From Lama glama (Eukaryota), in assembly GCA_028534125.1 (NCBI GenBank), contig CM052821.1, positions 55,056,001-55,120,000 on the forward strand: a DNA stretch of 64,000 bases, read 5' to 3'. Made by a program: the position numbers and the translations under genes. Within the stretch, counting starts at the first letter, position 1; every line of letters starts with the position of its first letter. The notes under the pieces are model-generated. The model was not told the DNA's origin, did not search any database, and saw nothing but the letters and a program-made list of their open reading frames with translations. Below, in pieces: positions 26,401-37,817 of the stretch.

Positions 26401-28859
26401 CCAGTGCCCAAGGGTGGGGTTGGACACAGATGCCGGGGAGAGGAGGCCTCTGGGGACAGCAGAGACAGGGAGGAAAGGGGTGTGGGAGGGGACACAGCAG
26501 AGGAAAGGAAGAACAGCGGAGGCAGAGGGAAAACAGGCCCGGGCTCGGGGAGGAGATAGACGGAGCAGAGCGACCAGGGACTGCACGCTGTCGCTGGGGA
26601 GACAGGGCCTGCTGGGCTCCACTCAAGGCTGTCGAGTCCGGGTGCTTTCCTGGGCAGCCACTGTGAAATCCCCACAATGTCTCTTGGGCAGCAGTGGTGG
26701 CCTCCGGGGTCCGGATGAAACACAGGCCCCGAGAGGTGCAGCTGACACCCAGGCCTGCACCAGGACGTGCCGCTGGGACCTGGTCCCCAGACCTTGCCAG
26801 GCACATGCAGGAGGCCACGAGGGGAGGGCACATCCCCAGGAGTGGAGACGGGGTCCAGGGGAGCCCGGGCTGGTCCAGCTGGGAGGCTGGAGGGGCTCCC
26901 GGGCCAGAGTGATGGGGGCTGTGCATAGTGGCCGAGGCCCAGGAAGTGTGGGGAAGGGACCAGAGCGCATTGTGCAACGATGGAGGATGAGGCCGGTGCA
27001 CAGTCGGTGCTTATTCAGTGCTCACCCAGCACCTGAGTAATCACCGGGATAACCACACAGCTTGGTCACTGCGAGGATGAGAGCGTGCCCAGGGCCTGCA
27101 GGCAGGGCCACCCTCCTCCGTGTGTGCACACCCTCCTCGTTCCTCCCCAGGACCTGGCACGGTGGTCTGTCACCTCCATCCTGTCCATCCAGAATTGGAG
27201 GCTCCGGGGCTCGGAGCAGCCCAGCTCCGGTCTCGCCAGTGATTCTGCAGGGCTGTTGGGGTGACGGAAGCCCTTTGGGATGCTGGCTGGAGCTGGGGGA
27301 GAATTGAAGGTTTAGAGGGGGCAGTGACTCACTTGGGTGGCTTTGTTTTTGAACCAACTCATAATTGTTCTCCTGCGAGTCTGCCCAGAGGTGGCCTAGG
27401 ACGGCGAGGTCTAGGCCCTGGGCAGCGCCCTGGTCTCCTTTCCCTGCCCCTGCACCTGCCGCCTCACCCACGTCCAGCAGCAGACGGGAGACACGTGGAC
27501 CCAGTCAGCACGCAGTGCTGGCCAGCTTTCTGAAGGGAATTGTCCCTGTCCTCCCTGGCACCCTGCGGATAGAGGCCACCCTGTCCCTTGGGAGTTGGCA
27601 TAGATGTGGGTTCACAGGAAATCAAGGCTTGGGCGGTGGCTTAGCACCCATGGCAGAGCCAGTGTTGAGAGTTGCTGGCCCTAAATCTGACCTGTGTCTG
27701 GGGCTACAGCGTGGTGAAGGGTTGCAGCCTTTTTACATGGGTGATGGCCAAGGGCGTTCTGGTGCCTCAGTGCTCCCGGGCAAGCCAGGCTGAGCAGGCA
27801 CGGTGCTCTTGGAGAAGAGCTGCTCAGACTTGTGCCTGCTGGGGCAGGGACGTCAGGCTGCTGGACAGGGTGGACACAGCTGAGCTTCCAGCCCAGTAAA
27901 GTCCAGGGAACAAGGCCTCCGGCAGCGGAAGCAGGCATGAGTCCTGAGCGTGCCTGGGAGAGCCCTTGGTGAAGACGGCTGTTTTGCTCGTGCCTGGGGA
28001 CTTGTCAGGATACCTGTGGTCACACAAACGACAGGGACAGTGGCTCCTGCCCTGCGACATTGCGTCTCCACCCTGTAGAAGAGGCATGGGCTCCCTCCTA
28101 ATTCCCCTCTCTCATTCCTTGATGCCGGCCCTGCCCCGGCTCTGGACCTGCCCGCCTCCATCAGAGAGCAGGGCGCCACTGTGCCCAAGGTGCGTGAGTA
28201 GTGTCTCCCCTGACCCAGTTGCCTTTCGGGGACCCCACGGCTGGCTGCAGCCAGGGCCAGTGCACGGCGATCCCCGGGCAGTCTCCTGGTATTTGTGGGA
28301 TGGTTCTCAAGGGTTTTCGCTCTGCACAGGCTGGGAGGGGTGGCCTGGGGCTGGACCCACGGCCCCCAGGGCAGTGCTGCTGGTCTCTGCCTTAGGTCTG
28401 GGGTTCTGACCCGGACGCCATCTGCTCGGGCGGCAGAGGCTGTGCCTCTTGTCCAAAGGAGGCGGGGAGGGGGCTCCCCAGAGGAGACGCAAGACAGGCA
28501 AGCAGGACAGGAGTCTTGAGGCTCAAGAAGCGGTTGTGGCCGACTCTGGCCCCAGCCCCGCAGGGCCTTGGTGCTACGGAAGGTCAGGTGGGCTGCGGCC
28601 ATGCATCGCTGGAGTGGGTCCTGCCGGTGTCCCTCACTGGACAGGAAGGAGGTGCCGGCCTGGACTGCGGGGTGAGCTATGCCGGGATGTCCCTGGAACG
28701 CAGGACAGCCCCTTGGGCCTCCTGGTTGGAGGCTGCCCTGACCTCAGGCCAATGAGGACCCCCCAGGGGGGTCCTGAGCAGAGGAGGGTTTTCACCCGGG
28801 AGGAGCCTAGGCCTGGGAGGCAGCAAACCTGCATTCACCACCGCGGCTCCTCACGGGTC

Positions 28860-29500
28860 ACCACCTCACGCTGGGCCGCCTCCCCGTAAGGCGGGAGGGC
28901 ACTGGTGCCACAGCCGGGGCAGGGGCCTGCCCTGGAGACCACCCGGAGCCCCTCGAAAGGGCAGCAGGGCTTCTGGTGACCCTGGCAGCTGGGAGCGTGG
29001 GCGGAAGGAAGGTTCCGGAGAGCTCACTGCCTGCCCTCTCCCGCCCGGCCCTCCCGGCCTCGGAGTGCTTCCAGCGCAGACGAGCTCCCCGCGGGCTGCG
29101 GGCGCCCGGCGCTGCGCGAAATGGCCGCCGCCCTCCGCCATCTTGTGTGCGAGGCGGGCGGCCCCGAGCGGCCTGGACCGAGCCCAGCGCCGCCTCCCGC
29201 CCCAGCCCGGCCTTGGCCGTGGCTCCCCTGGGCTTGGCACCAGCCGCTGCCTTGGCGAGGCGGCCTGGGAGCCCCGGCCCCTCACCCAGCCCTGCCCGGC
29301 CCCTCGCCGCCCCCAGGCCTCCCCGCCAAGCGGACGGAGACGCTGCAGCCAGCGCCCAGAAGAGCTGCAAAGAGAGCCATGCTCCTGGAGGGAGTCCCTG
29401 GCAGCCACCGGGTCAGTGCAGACAGTTCTAGAAACAAGGGGGGGAGGGGCCCCCTGGACACGCCGCGCACAGAGACAGGGAAGCGGCACCCTCAGGCCGC
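28860..29500. promoter_or_regulatory. Small CpG island with paired YY1 motifs, ~7.5 kb upstream of let-7a-3
   Basis: Local CpG enrichment; AAATGGCCGCC (29119-29129) and CCGCCATCTTG (29135-29145, reverse complement CAAGATGGCGG). Confidence 0.6.
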
Positions 29501-30919
29501 CAACCCCCTTTCCTGCCTGAGGAGTCTCTGGGCTCCTGGCCGGGCGCCAGGCCAGACACTGGGGCCACGGGGGTCAGTCGGGCTTCCGGTCCTGGCACTG
29601 CCAGTCCTCAGGAAGCAGGGCAGGGGGCTTCCTGGAGGAGGTGAGCCCCCTGCTGAGAGAGGCAGGCAGTGCTTCCCTGGGGCCTGGGCCTCGGCGGCTC
29701 TGCAGCTCCCAGAGCCAGGGTGGGCCTGCTCACGCCCAGCCCCGCTGCACCCACAGCCCTCGCCTCTGCGGGACCAGCACCCCCAAGGGCGCTCTCCAGG
29801 CTGGGAGCAGGAGGCGTCTCCCTGCGCACGTCGTGCTCTTGCTCTGCGCACAGTGTGACCAGGCTCGCGCGGCAGCCAGCACCCCGCAGGCAGCGGTAGC
29901 GCGTTACCCCGGGGAGGCAGTCCAGGGAGTTCTGGCAGCTGGGGCCTGGAGGGAGACAGGAGAAGCCGTTGTCCCGGGAGCCAGCACTGGGTGTCACCGC
30001 AGGGCAGGGCTCCGCCGGCTGCCAGGCCTCAGTGCCCGCCCGCAGGACCTGGTGATAGGTCCTCATGGGGCAGTCAGCGTACTTCCTGAAGGAAGTTCAC
30101 AGAAATTTCTGTGTAAAGAAGCAGGGGCTGGTGTTTGAAGATAGTGTGCACGTGTTAAAGGGACTGCTGTCATGTCTCTGGCAGCGTAGGGTGGGCCAGG
30201 GACCCGGGGCCAGATTTGCCCTGTGTTCTGCGTGGCCAAGGTCAGGCCCCCACGGGACAGCACACAGGTAGCAGAGGGCACAGCAGGGCTTCAGGAGCAG
30301 CAGCGTGGCTTCCCCAGACCCTTGGGGCCCTGCCAAGCCCTCCAGACTGGGAAGGTTGCTGGGCGCAGCCCCAGGCCCTTCCCAGACCCCTCTCCTCGCG
30401 GTTCCCAGAGAGAACATTCCGTCACCATGAAGTGAGGTTTGCTCCTCTCCACTACCCCCCCCACCCAAGGGAAACCCAGCCAAGGACAGGATGATGGCAT
30501 GCCCAGACCAGTGCCACGGGTCCATATGCCAGGCCAGGCCCATGGCCTCCCCAGGGGGCCAGGGAGCCCCGCAGCCAAGCTGCCAGCAGGTGGGGCTGCC
30601 CCCGGCGCGGTTTCACACCAGGCATTTTTAATGCTGTGGTTGCATCTGGTCCCCCTCCCTTACTCTCTCTCCGTGCCTTGTGACCCAGACTGCGGCTTGA
30701 ACTGAGAATATTTTCAGATAAATACACGCCTTTGAGGTTAAAAGTGTTGCCCAGTGGTTAAATGCCAGAGACACCCATGGGCTCAGAGAGGGCTCTGCGC
30801 CTGGCTTTTCCCTTTGGATTCTGAGCAAACCCTGCAGTTGTGAATAACCGCTTCTCCTGCGGACACCCCACTTTGCACAGAGGCACCTGGACCTCCCTTC
30901 CGACGGCCCTCATGTCCCT

Positions 30920-31020
30920 GCCTCACTTGACAGAGCAGACCGCTGAGGCCAGAGGTGCTGGTTAACTTGCCCAAGGCCCTCCCTTCACTGGTTGGAGCCA
31001 GAGCAGGGATCCGAACTGTG
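30920..31020 (-). mobile_element. MIR fragment
   Basis: gctgaggccagagg...ttaacttgcccaaggcc...agagcagggatccgaac. Confidence 0.6.
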
Positions 31021-34000
31021 GCCTGGCCGCCCCTAAAGCCATCAGTCCCCGCCCCCACCTCTGTGCCCATGGCCCCCATAGGTGCAAGTGTGTCTACACA
31101 GCTGGGCTGGATCCCCCTGGCCCTGGGCCACTCGGGCCTTCCCAGCCTCCTGCATGCTAGGACTCTGTGGGCTTCCAGACACATGTCTGTGGTCCATGAC
31201 ACTTGACCCCTTCCCTGGAGAGTGGACGTTCCCCAGGCCTGGCCACCTTCCCCCTTGTGAGCTTGGAGGTCTCTGGGGACAAGAAAGTGGGGAGCCAGCA
31301 CAGACTCCTGAGGATGGGAGACCCCTACCCAGAGCACAGGGGCATCTGTCGTGGGGAGACTGGGCGGGGAAGGTGCCAACGAGACAGCACCTTGAGCCCA
31401 AGAAGGAAGGCAGGCCTGGGGTCTGTCCCTGACCCATGGGCTGCACCTGGGGGGCTGGGGCTCCTGTCTGGAGGGCCCCTTCCCCACCCTCCTGGCCTGT
31501 GCCGCCCAGAGGTGTCCAGGGCCGTGGGAAGAGTATGGGCTCAGAAATCCAGAGTCTGGCTCCGGTTTTGCCTTCTGTCCCTGAGGGCTGCTCTTGGGGG
31601 TGTTGCAGCCACTGGCCCTTGCACTTAGCCGAGCTGTTGGAATCTGGGGCAAGAGCAACAGTCTGCACCCCTCCATCCTGCCTCGGTTTAAGCTTGATGT
31701 TTTATATCATGGACCTTTTTGCATTGATTTTGTTTTTCTGATTTTACATTAAGATACATGGTTCCTGAGTTTGGTGCTCCATACAGTGTGTGCCTGACCC
31801 ACGGTGGGTGCCTGGCCCCTGCCGGCCCGAGCTGGCCTCTGCCCGGTGCACACATCTCGTTAACTTTATGGGCCGGCCGTGTTTGCAGGGAGACCCGGCC
31901 CCCGGAAGCCACCCCCACGCCTTTTCCCAGACTCCGTTGTTGGCACGGCTTGCCGAGCAGAAACACTGGCCGCTTCATGGGGAGAAACCTAATCGGGGTG
32001 GCAGTAGGGGGGCAGCCATGGGGGGGTCCTGGCTCTTGGTGGCCCCAAGCCAAGCCTGAGGTGACTGCAGGGTGACACCGTCTGTCTGCCTCGCTTGCTC
32101 CAGACATCCGCCTGGCCCTGAAAGTGCCACCTGCCCACTGAGGCCTCCCACACACCTGTCCCCAGTTGGCCTGGCTCCTCCTACCCTGGGCCTGCCCGGC
32201 ACCCTGCCCATGGGCAGACACTGTGGGACTGGGGCTGGGCTGGTGGTGGCAGCTGGCAGATGGCAGGGTGACTGTTGCTCACTGCCCGGCAGCCCTGCTC
32301 AGGGAGCCCCCTTCTCACTATGTTGCCTGCCCCTGCTGCCGGTCCCTGGTCCAGACCAACTGGGAAGTCCGTTTGGAGGTCTCAGACCCCTGACATCCCA
32401 CCAGAATAGGGGAGGTCTCTGCCATTCCTCCCTGGGCGAGAGACCCTTGGTCACTCCTAGGACTGTGGGGTGAGTGGGGGAGCCCAGCAAATCATGCCTG
32501 CCAACACACGGAATTTGAGCCTTTCCCCCACTAGCTCAGAAATGTCTCCACGAACGGGTCACAGACCCAGAAAAGTCCCTCCTCCCTTCCCCGAACCGGG
32601 GTTGTTGGCTAAAGAAAGAGCTAGGTTCTATGGCGGCCCTCCCTCGGTGGGCAAAGCCAGAGTTCGGGGAGCCCTGCTTGGGGTACGGTACCTGCTTCCC
32701 GGTCACCGGGGAGGCCTGGAGCGGCTGTGCGTGTGCAGGCGTCCCGCCCCACCCTCGGTGGAGAGAGGAAGCCTCCGCTGTCCATGGGCATCCTTCGCAG
32801 GCACCGCTCGCATCGGCTACACCGCCTGCCACGGGCTTGGGTGTTCCAGACGTGAGGACTGGAGCCTAGGAGGGCAAGGCCAGGTCCCAGAGCCAGGGCA
32901 GAGCTAGGATTCACCTGGGCCCCCGCCGCAGGCCTCCAGATGGGCTGCAAGGGAGGCACACGTGTGCAGGGAGCACAGGGTCTTCGTGAGCAAGGAAGGG
33001 AACAGTGGAGTGGTCACTCCTGGCACAGGACAGGCGAGGGCAGCGGCTGGGGGGTAGGGGGGGCTGCCCAGGGCATTTTTCTGCCCTAGGAGGCTGTAGG
33101 GGGCAGGGGTCCAAGGAAGTGAGGGGAGCCGGGCGGCTGGGGCACAGTGTGGAGGAGCGAAGGTGCAGCAGCATGGAGACAGGCAGCCCGGCCTAGGGGG
33201 GCACGAGGGAAAGGGGCGGGGCAGGACCTCCTGGTCAGCCCTGCTTGTGGCTGAGGACCCTGGGGCTCAGTAGTTGGCACGTGGCAGGGCTGGGCAGGCC
33301 CAGGTGGGTCAGGCTGCAAGCCTAGCATCTTGGGCTCAGCCTTGGGCTGTCCAGCTGGCCAGAGGTCAGCTGTGGTCGTCTTCACCTTTCCCCCGTCCCC
33401 CGTGCTGGCTCTGGGAGGACACCTGGCCAGAATGGGCCAGAGCCAGGTGGGGTTACAATTTGTTGAGGGAGCCCTGGCTGAGTTCTCAGACCGGGCCCTG
33501 GGAGCCCCTGCCCCGGGGACCATCCCAGGCCTCACTGGCCACAGGACAGGAGCCTCAGCCTGTCTGGAGCCTCCTCTAAAGGAGGGGGGGTGTGACTTTT
33601 CATCCTGGTGCCACTAACTGCCAGGCACACAGGAGAGCAGTACATGCCCCCTCTCTCCCGGATCCCGTCCCCTCCATGCCCCAGAGCATCAGTGGGAACC
33701 TGGCCTGGCGCTGGCCACCCAGCATTCAAGGATGAGACCTGTGTCTTGGTCACCTGTGCCCTGGCATCATCCAGCATGGGACAGCCACAGAGGCCACACA
33801 AGCCTTTGCACGGGCTGTGTCCAGGCAGGAGGCCTGGTGAGACAGACTAGGCGGAAATGCAGGCTCTTCAGCAGGTGGCCGGGCGAGACCGAGATGGGGG
33901 TGGGGGGGTGGCGGAGGCACGAGGCAGCTGCTGGAGCTCGGGCATGGCCATGCCTCTTCCAGACCTGACGCTTGTTCTTTCTCTTCTAAAACCCAAACAG

Positions 34001-34841
34001 GTCAAGAAGGGGCGCTGAGATGGGAGCTTCTGTCTGAGGCCTGCCTTCCTCACGGTGAGCTGAGCGTTAGGGCCCCACCTGTAGGGGCACCTCACTGCCC
34101 GCCCCCTTCTCCCCAGCCCAGCCACAACCCACGGGCCGCCTCGCCCTCTGGCCTCCTGCAGGAGACAGGCCAGCCGGCTTCCTGCCCCTGGCCTCAGAGT
34201 TGCTGCACAACCACTCCCACGGAATGCCCAGGGGCTCTCACATCTGGCACCTCGGCATGCCCCTCCTACCGTCCTGGCTCCCGGAGGCAGGGAGCCATGG
34301 GGAGTTTATCATGGGGAGGGGTGTGATCAGATCTGTGTCCTTCCCGTTCATCTCTGGGCCCCGCTGTCACACACACAGGTCCTTAGATGGTGGTACCAGT
34401 GCCAAACCTTTGCCCAGGCTTAAGCCGTCCACCTGAAGCCACGTCTCCCCTTGTCCTCCTGCCACTGCTCAGCAGCAAACTCTCTCAGGTGGCTCACCTC
34501 ACCTGCCCACAACACACTTGTGACCTTTGAGCTGTTGGTCTCTGAAGGCTCTCTGGCTATAGTCTGTCCCAGCATCTGGATGGAAGAGGAGCGCGGCCCC
34601 GTCTCACTCTGCCCAGCGAGGACTCCCCGCCAGGCTCACCCTGCACCCTTCTCTCCGCCCAGCCATGCACCAGCCCTCAAGTGTGGTCCTGATAACACAG
34701 GCTGCCTGCCGTCCACCTGAGACGCACACGGTGAGTCTGGCCTGGAACAAGAAAGGCCAGATAAGGGGACCAGGCACACCTGCTCCTCCCAGGCCGGGCT
34801 GGCGGCTTGGGGGCTTGCAGTGGCTGTGGGGGTGGACCAGG

Positions 34842-34861
34842 GTGTGTGTGCGCGCGCGCGT
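34842..34861. repeat. (GT)n(GC)n microsatellite, Z-DNA-prone
   Basis: gtgtgtgtgcgcgcgcgcgt. Confidence 0.85.
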
Positions 34862-35989
34862 CTCCCTCTCTCCCCACACCTTTCCTTGTCCCTTGGAGCC
34901 TAGCCCGGAGGCCAGCCCGTTGTGTGGCCCGCGGCCGCCATCTGGGGCCGGGGCCCTCCTACGGGCAGCCATGCAGGCTCTGGAGCTGAAGCCCGGCCCC
35001 AGGGAGGACGAGCAGACGCAGGCCGCAGGGCAGGGGCTGTCGGAGTCCAAGCGCTGGGGCATACGTGGATTCCAGCTCGGGGTTAGTTAAGGTGGCCTGG
35101 CTGCAGGGCACCTGCTGCATTGACCCCACATCTGAGTGAGGAAATCAGGCCCCACGAGGGCATAAGAGGTGCCCGGAGAAGCCAAACAAGGAGGCCACCT
35201 GGTCCAGCAGCCAGCTCCACCTGCTGGGCTGGCCTGTCTCATGCCACTGGGGCCGTGGTCAGAACCAGATGGTCCCTGCAGCCTGAGAACATTGCAGTCT
35301 TGGGGGCTAAGTCAGGAGCCCAGAGCATGCGCTCAGGGTGCCTCCCCTAGAGTCACTCTGAGATGTTTGGTGGAGCCCTGAGCTGGGCACCAGATTCTTG
35401 GCCTGTTTCTTCCCCAGTGATGAAACTAACGGCAGCCAGTCACCCCGCAGGGCAGCTGGGCAGGCATCAGGCTGCCTCTGCACAGAGCTAGGCTCTTCCC
35501 ACCCGGACCACTCATCATTGCTGGGGGTGGGGAGAGTATGTCAGAGGAAGACCCTTGGTCACTCTTCCCTCAACCCCATCCCTAGAGGTTGGCTGGCTCT
35601 GCCTGGAGAGTCCTTGGGGACCTCCTGGTTCTGTCCACCGACCAGGGAGTCCAAGTAGAAGCAGGGGAGCGGGACCCTGAGACCCTCCCATGCAGATTTC
35701 CCTCTGGGACCTTGAGGGAGACAGGCTGCCCATGACCACAGGTTCCTGGGGGGCCAGGCTGTGAGGGGCACTGCTGACTCCACTCCCAGGTGACTGCCCC
35801 GTGTTTCCCACTCTGGGTGGACCTGATGTCCCCCTCACTGGCTGAGAGTTCTGGGACTCATTCCAGGGTTCTTCAGGGAGCAGCAGCTGCCCTGATTATT
35901 GGGACTGGGCCTGAGGCCACCCTCTGCAGTCGTGCGCACAGGCCAAGCTGGGAGAACCTCAGAGCGAGCCCTCTGCTACCCAGGGCCCA

Positions 35990-36240
35990 TCTGAGGCTCA
36001 GTTTCCTCACTATGGAATGGAATCAGTGATCCTAGCTTCCCCGGGCCTATGAGGACCAAATGGTGCAGCCCAGCCTGGTGCCTGCCTGGAGGAGGCAGCC
36101 TGCTAGGAGGAGGTGTGGGGTGTCGGAGAGCTCAGAGCTCTTGTACCATCTTACCAGGCAGAAAGCAGAAGGATCTCTCTGCTCAGCTGCCTGTCAGCTG
36201 TGTGACCTTGTGAAGGTCCTGCTGTCCGTCTGGGCCTCAG
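35990..36240 (+). mobile_element. Two MIR fragments just upstream of let-7a-3
   Basis: ctcagtttcctcactatggaatgg (~35998) and cagctgtgtgaccttg...ctgggcctcag (~36195-36240). Confidence 0.55.
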
Positions 36241-36887
36241 GCACGGGCACTGGGCCTGTGTGTCCCTCCAGGGTCTGGCTCAACCACCCTTTCCTGGGAG
36301 CCAGGTTACCTTTAGGAAGGAAGGAACAACATCTGTAGCCTTTCCCCAGACGAGGGACGCCCAGGTCACCCTGGGTGGCAGGACCAGACCAGCCAGAACC
36401 CACCAGGAGGGGTCCCCGTCCGTCCAGTGGGTGGAGGGAGCAGGCCTCAAGACCACGGGATGTCCTGGGGCAGCAGGGAAGCTGTGCTGTCAGAGGGCAG
36501 GGGCCAGGTGGGCACTCGTGGCCCCTTTGGACACATGTTGGCCTCCAACAGAAGACAGTCTTCCTCCCAGTGTCACCAGGGCAGAAGTCCCTCAGGGACC
36601 TCATGGCCACTCCTGTCCAGACGGGAGTGATCCAGTTGCCTGTAACGTTCTCCCCGAAGCCACGCTGCCCTTCTGCCTGCCTCCCTCCCCCTCCCCTCTG
36701 CTTCCTTTTCCCTTTCTGGGTGATGGCTTTCTCCTGGGGGGCTGCTCCTGGGGAGTTTGGGGCTGTGCAGGCCCTCCACGGACTCGCCTGCCAGAGTCCC
36801 CGGCTCCCTGCAGCTCCCCTCCTCCCTCCAGGAGGTACCTCCGGAAGCCACGAAGCCCCTCGCGGCGCCGAGACTGACGGCCCTTTG

Positions 36888-36961
36888 GGGTGAGGTAGTA
36901 GGTTGTATAGTTTGGGGCCCTGCCCTGCTATGGGATAACTATGCAACCTACTGTCTTTCCT
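36888..36961 (+). ncRNA. MIRLET7A3: pre-miRNA let-7a-3 (mature let-7a-5p 36891-36912; 3p arm ~36939-36960)
   Basis: Exact let-7a-5p TGAGGTAGTAGGTTGTATAGTT; loop TGGGGCCCTGCCCTGCTATGGGATAA is the let-7a-3 type; complementary 3p arm CTATGCAACCTACTGTCTTTCC; lower stem ACGGCCCTTTGGGG pairs with CCTGAAGTGGCCGT; CNNC (CGAC 36978-36981) downstream; clustered with let-7b. Confidence 0.98.
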
Positions 36962-37057
36962 GAAGTGGCCGTAATGCCGACAGCGGACGGCGCCAGGGCC
37001 CGGCTGGGCGGGGCCGGGTGCACAGTGGCTGCCATGAAGTAAGAAATCTGACTGGCC

Positions 37058-37140
37058 TGGATTCCCACTTGCTGTGTGGCCTGGGGCAGGTTCCCTGACC
37101 TCTCTGGGCTTCAGTTTCCTGATCTGTGAAATAGGACAAG
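37058..37140 (+). mobile_element. MIR fragment between let-7a-3 and let-7b
   Basis: ccacttgctgtgtggcctggggcaggttccctgacctctctgggcttcagtttcctgatctgtgaaatagg is a MIR core. Confidence 0.8.
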
Positions 37141-37500
37141 TGAGGCTTGAGGGAAATACTGGGTGAAGTATCCCAGGAGGGCAGGGCTCAGAGTTGACCT
37201 CTCTCCCCACGCTGTGCTGAGAGCTGATGGGCCCGTCGGGCAGTTTGTGCGGCCCAGCCCCGTCCCCTGCGCCAGGCTCGTGGGCAGCCCCTGGTCTGGA
37301 CTGTGCCCTCAGCTGCATCCCTGTGGCCAGCCCTGGACCACAGGAGGAGGGGTGCCAGCTGAGACTTCACTAGGGTAGCCGGGCGGGAGGTGGAAGAGAA
37401 GAGTTACTCGGACACAGCCTGGCCCCTGATGGGTACAGACCCGCTCCATCCCCAACAACCTCAGGTAGACGGTGTGGGGAACAAGGTGCCGGCTGCATCT

Positions 37501-37600
37501 TCCCTTCTGCCCTGCACTGCCCAGCCCTCCGGCTCAGCTCTGGTGGCTGCGGACCACCCGGCAAGGCCGGGGCCGAGCGCAGGGCGGCCGTGGGGACGGC
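37501..37600 (+). other. Region homologous to the human mir-4763 annotation (diverged)
   Basis: tcccttctgccctgcactgcccagccctcc...gctctggtggctgcggacc immediately 5' of let-7b resembles the recalled human mir-4763 hairpin, with several substitutions and indels. Confidence 0.5.
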
Positions 37601-37626
37601 GGACCCTCCCATAGCCCGGGTGCCGG

Positions 37627-37710
37627 CGGGGTGAGGTAGTAGGTTGTGTGGTTTCAGGGCAGTGATGTTGCCCCCTCGGAAGATAACTATACAACCTACT
37701 GCCTTCCCTG
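37627..37710 (+). ncRNA. MIRLET7B: pre-miRNA let-7b (mature 5p 37632-37653; 3p 37687-37708)
   Basis: Exact let-7b-5p TGAGGTAGTAGGTTGTGTGGTT, loop TCAGGGCAGTGATGTTGCCCCCTCGGAAGATAA, and canonical 3p CTATACAACCTACTGCCTTCCC. Confidence 0.99.
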
Positions 37711-37817
37711 AGGCACCCAGCCGCGACCCCACGGGAGGGCCCGCCCCCACGCTCAGCAGGTGACTCGGGGGCCTGAGCCCCAGGCCAGGTGGGCGGGAGA
37801 CTGCCCACCTTGATCTC

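Noticed and set aside
25763-27040. 425-aa ORF (and other long ORFs such as 54613-55800, 36194-37318, 45331-46251)
   Set aside because: Low-complexity Pro/Gly/Arg/Ala translations with overlapping ORFs in several frames, no recognisable domain, and some crossing repeats or a miRNA. This is expected from stop-codon scarcity in GC-rich DNA.
37501-37600. Functional mir-4763
   Set aside because: The arms are diverged from the recalled human sequence and the human annotation is itself weakly supported; kept only as a homologous region.
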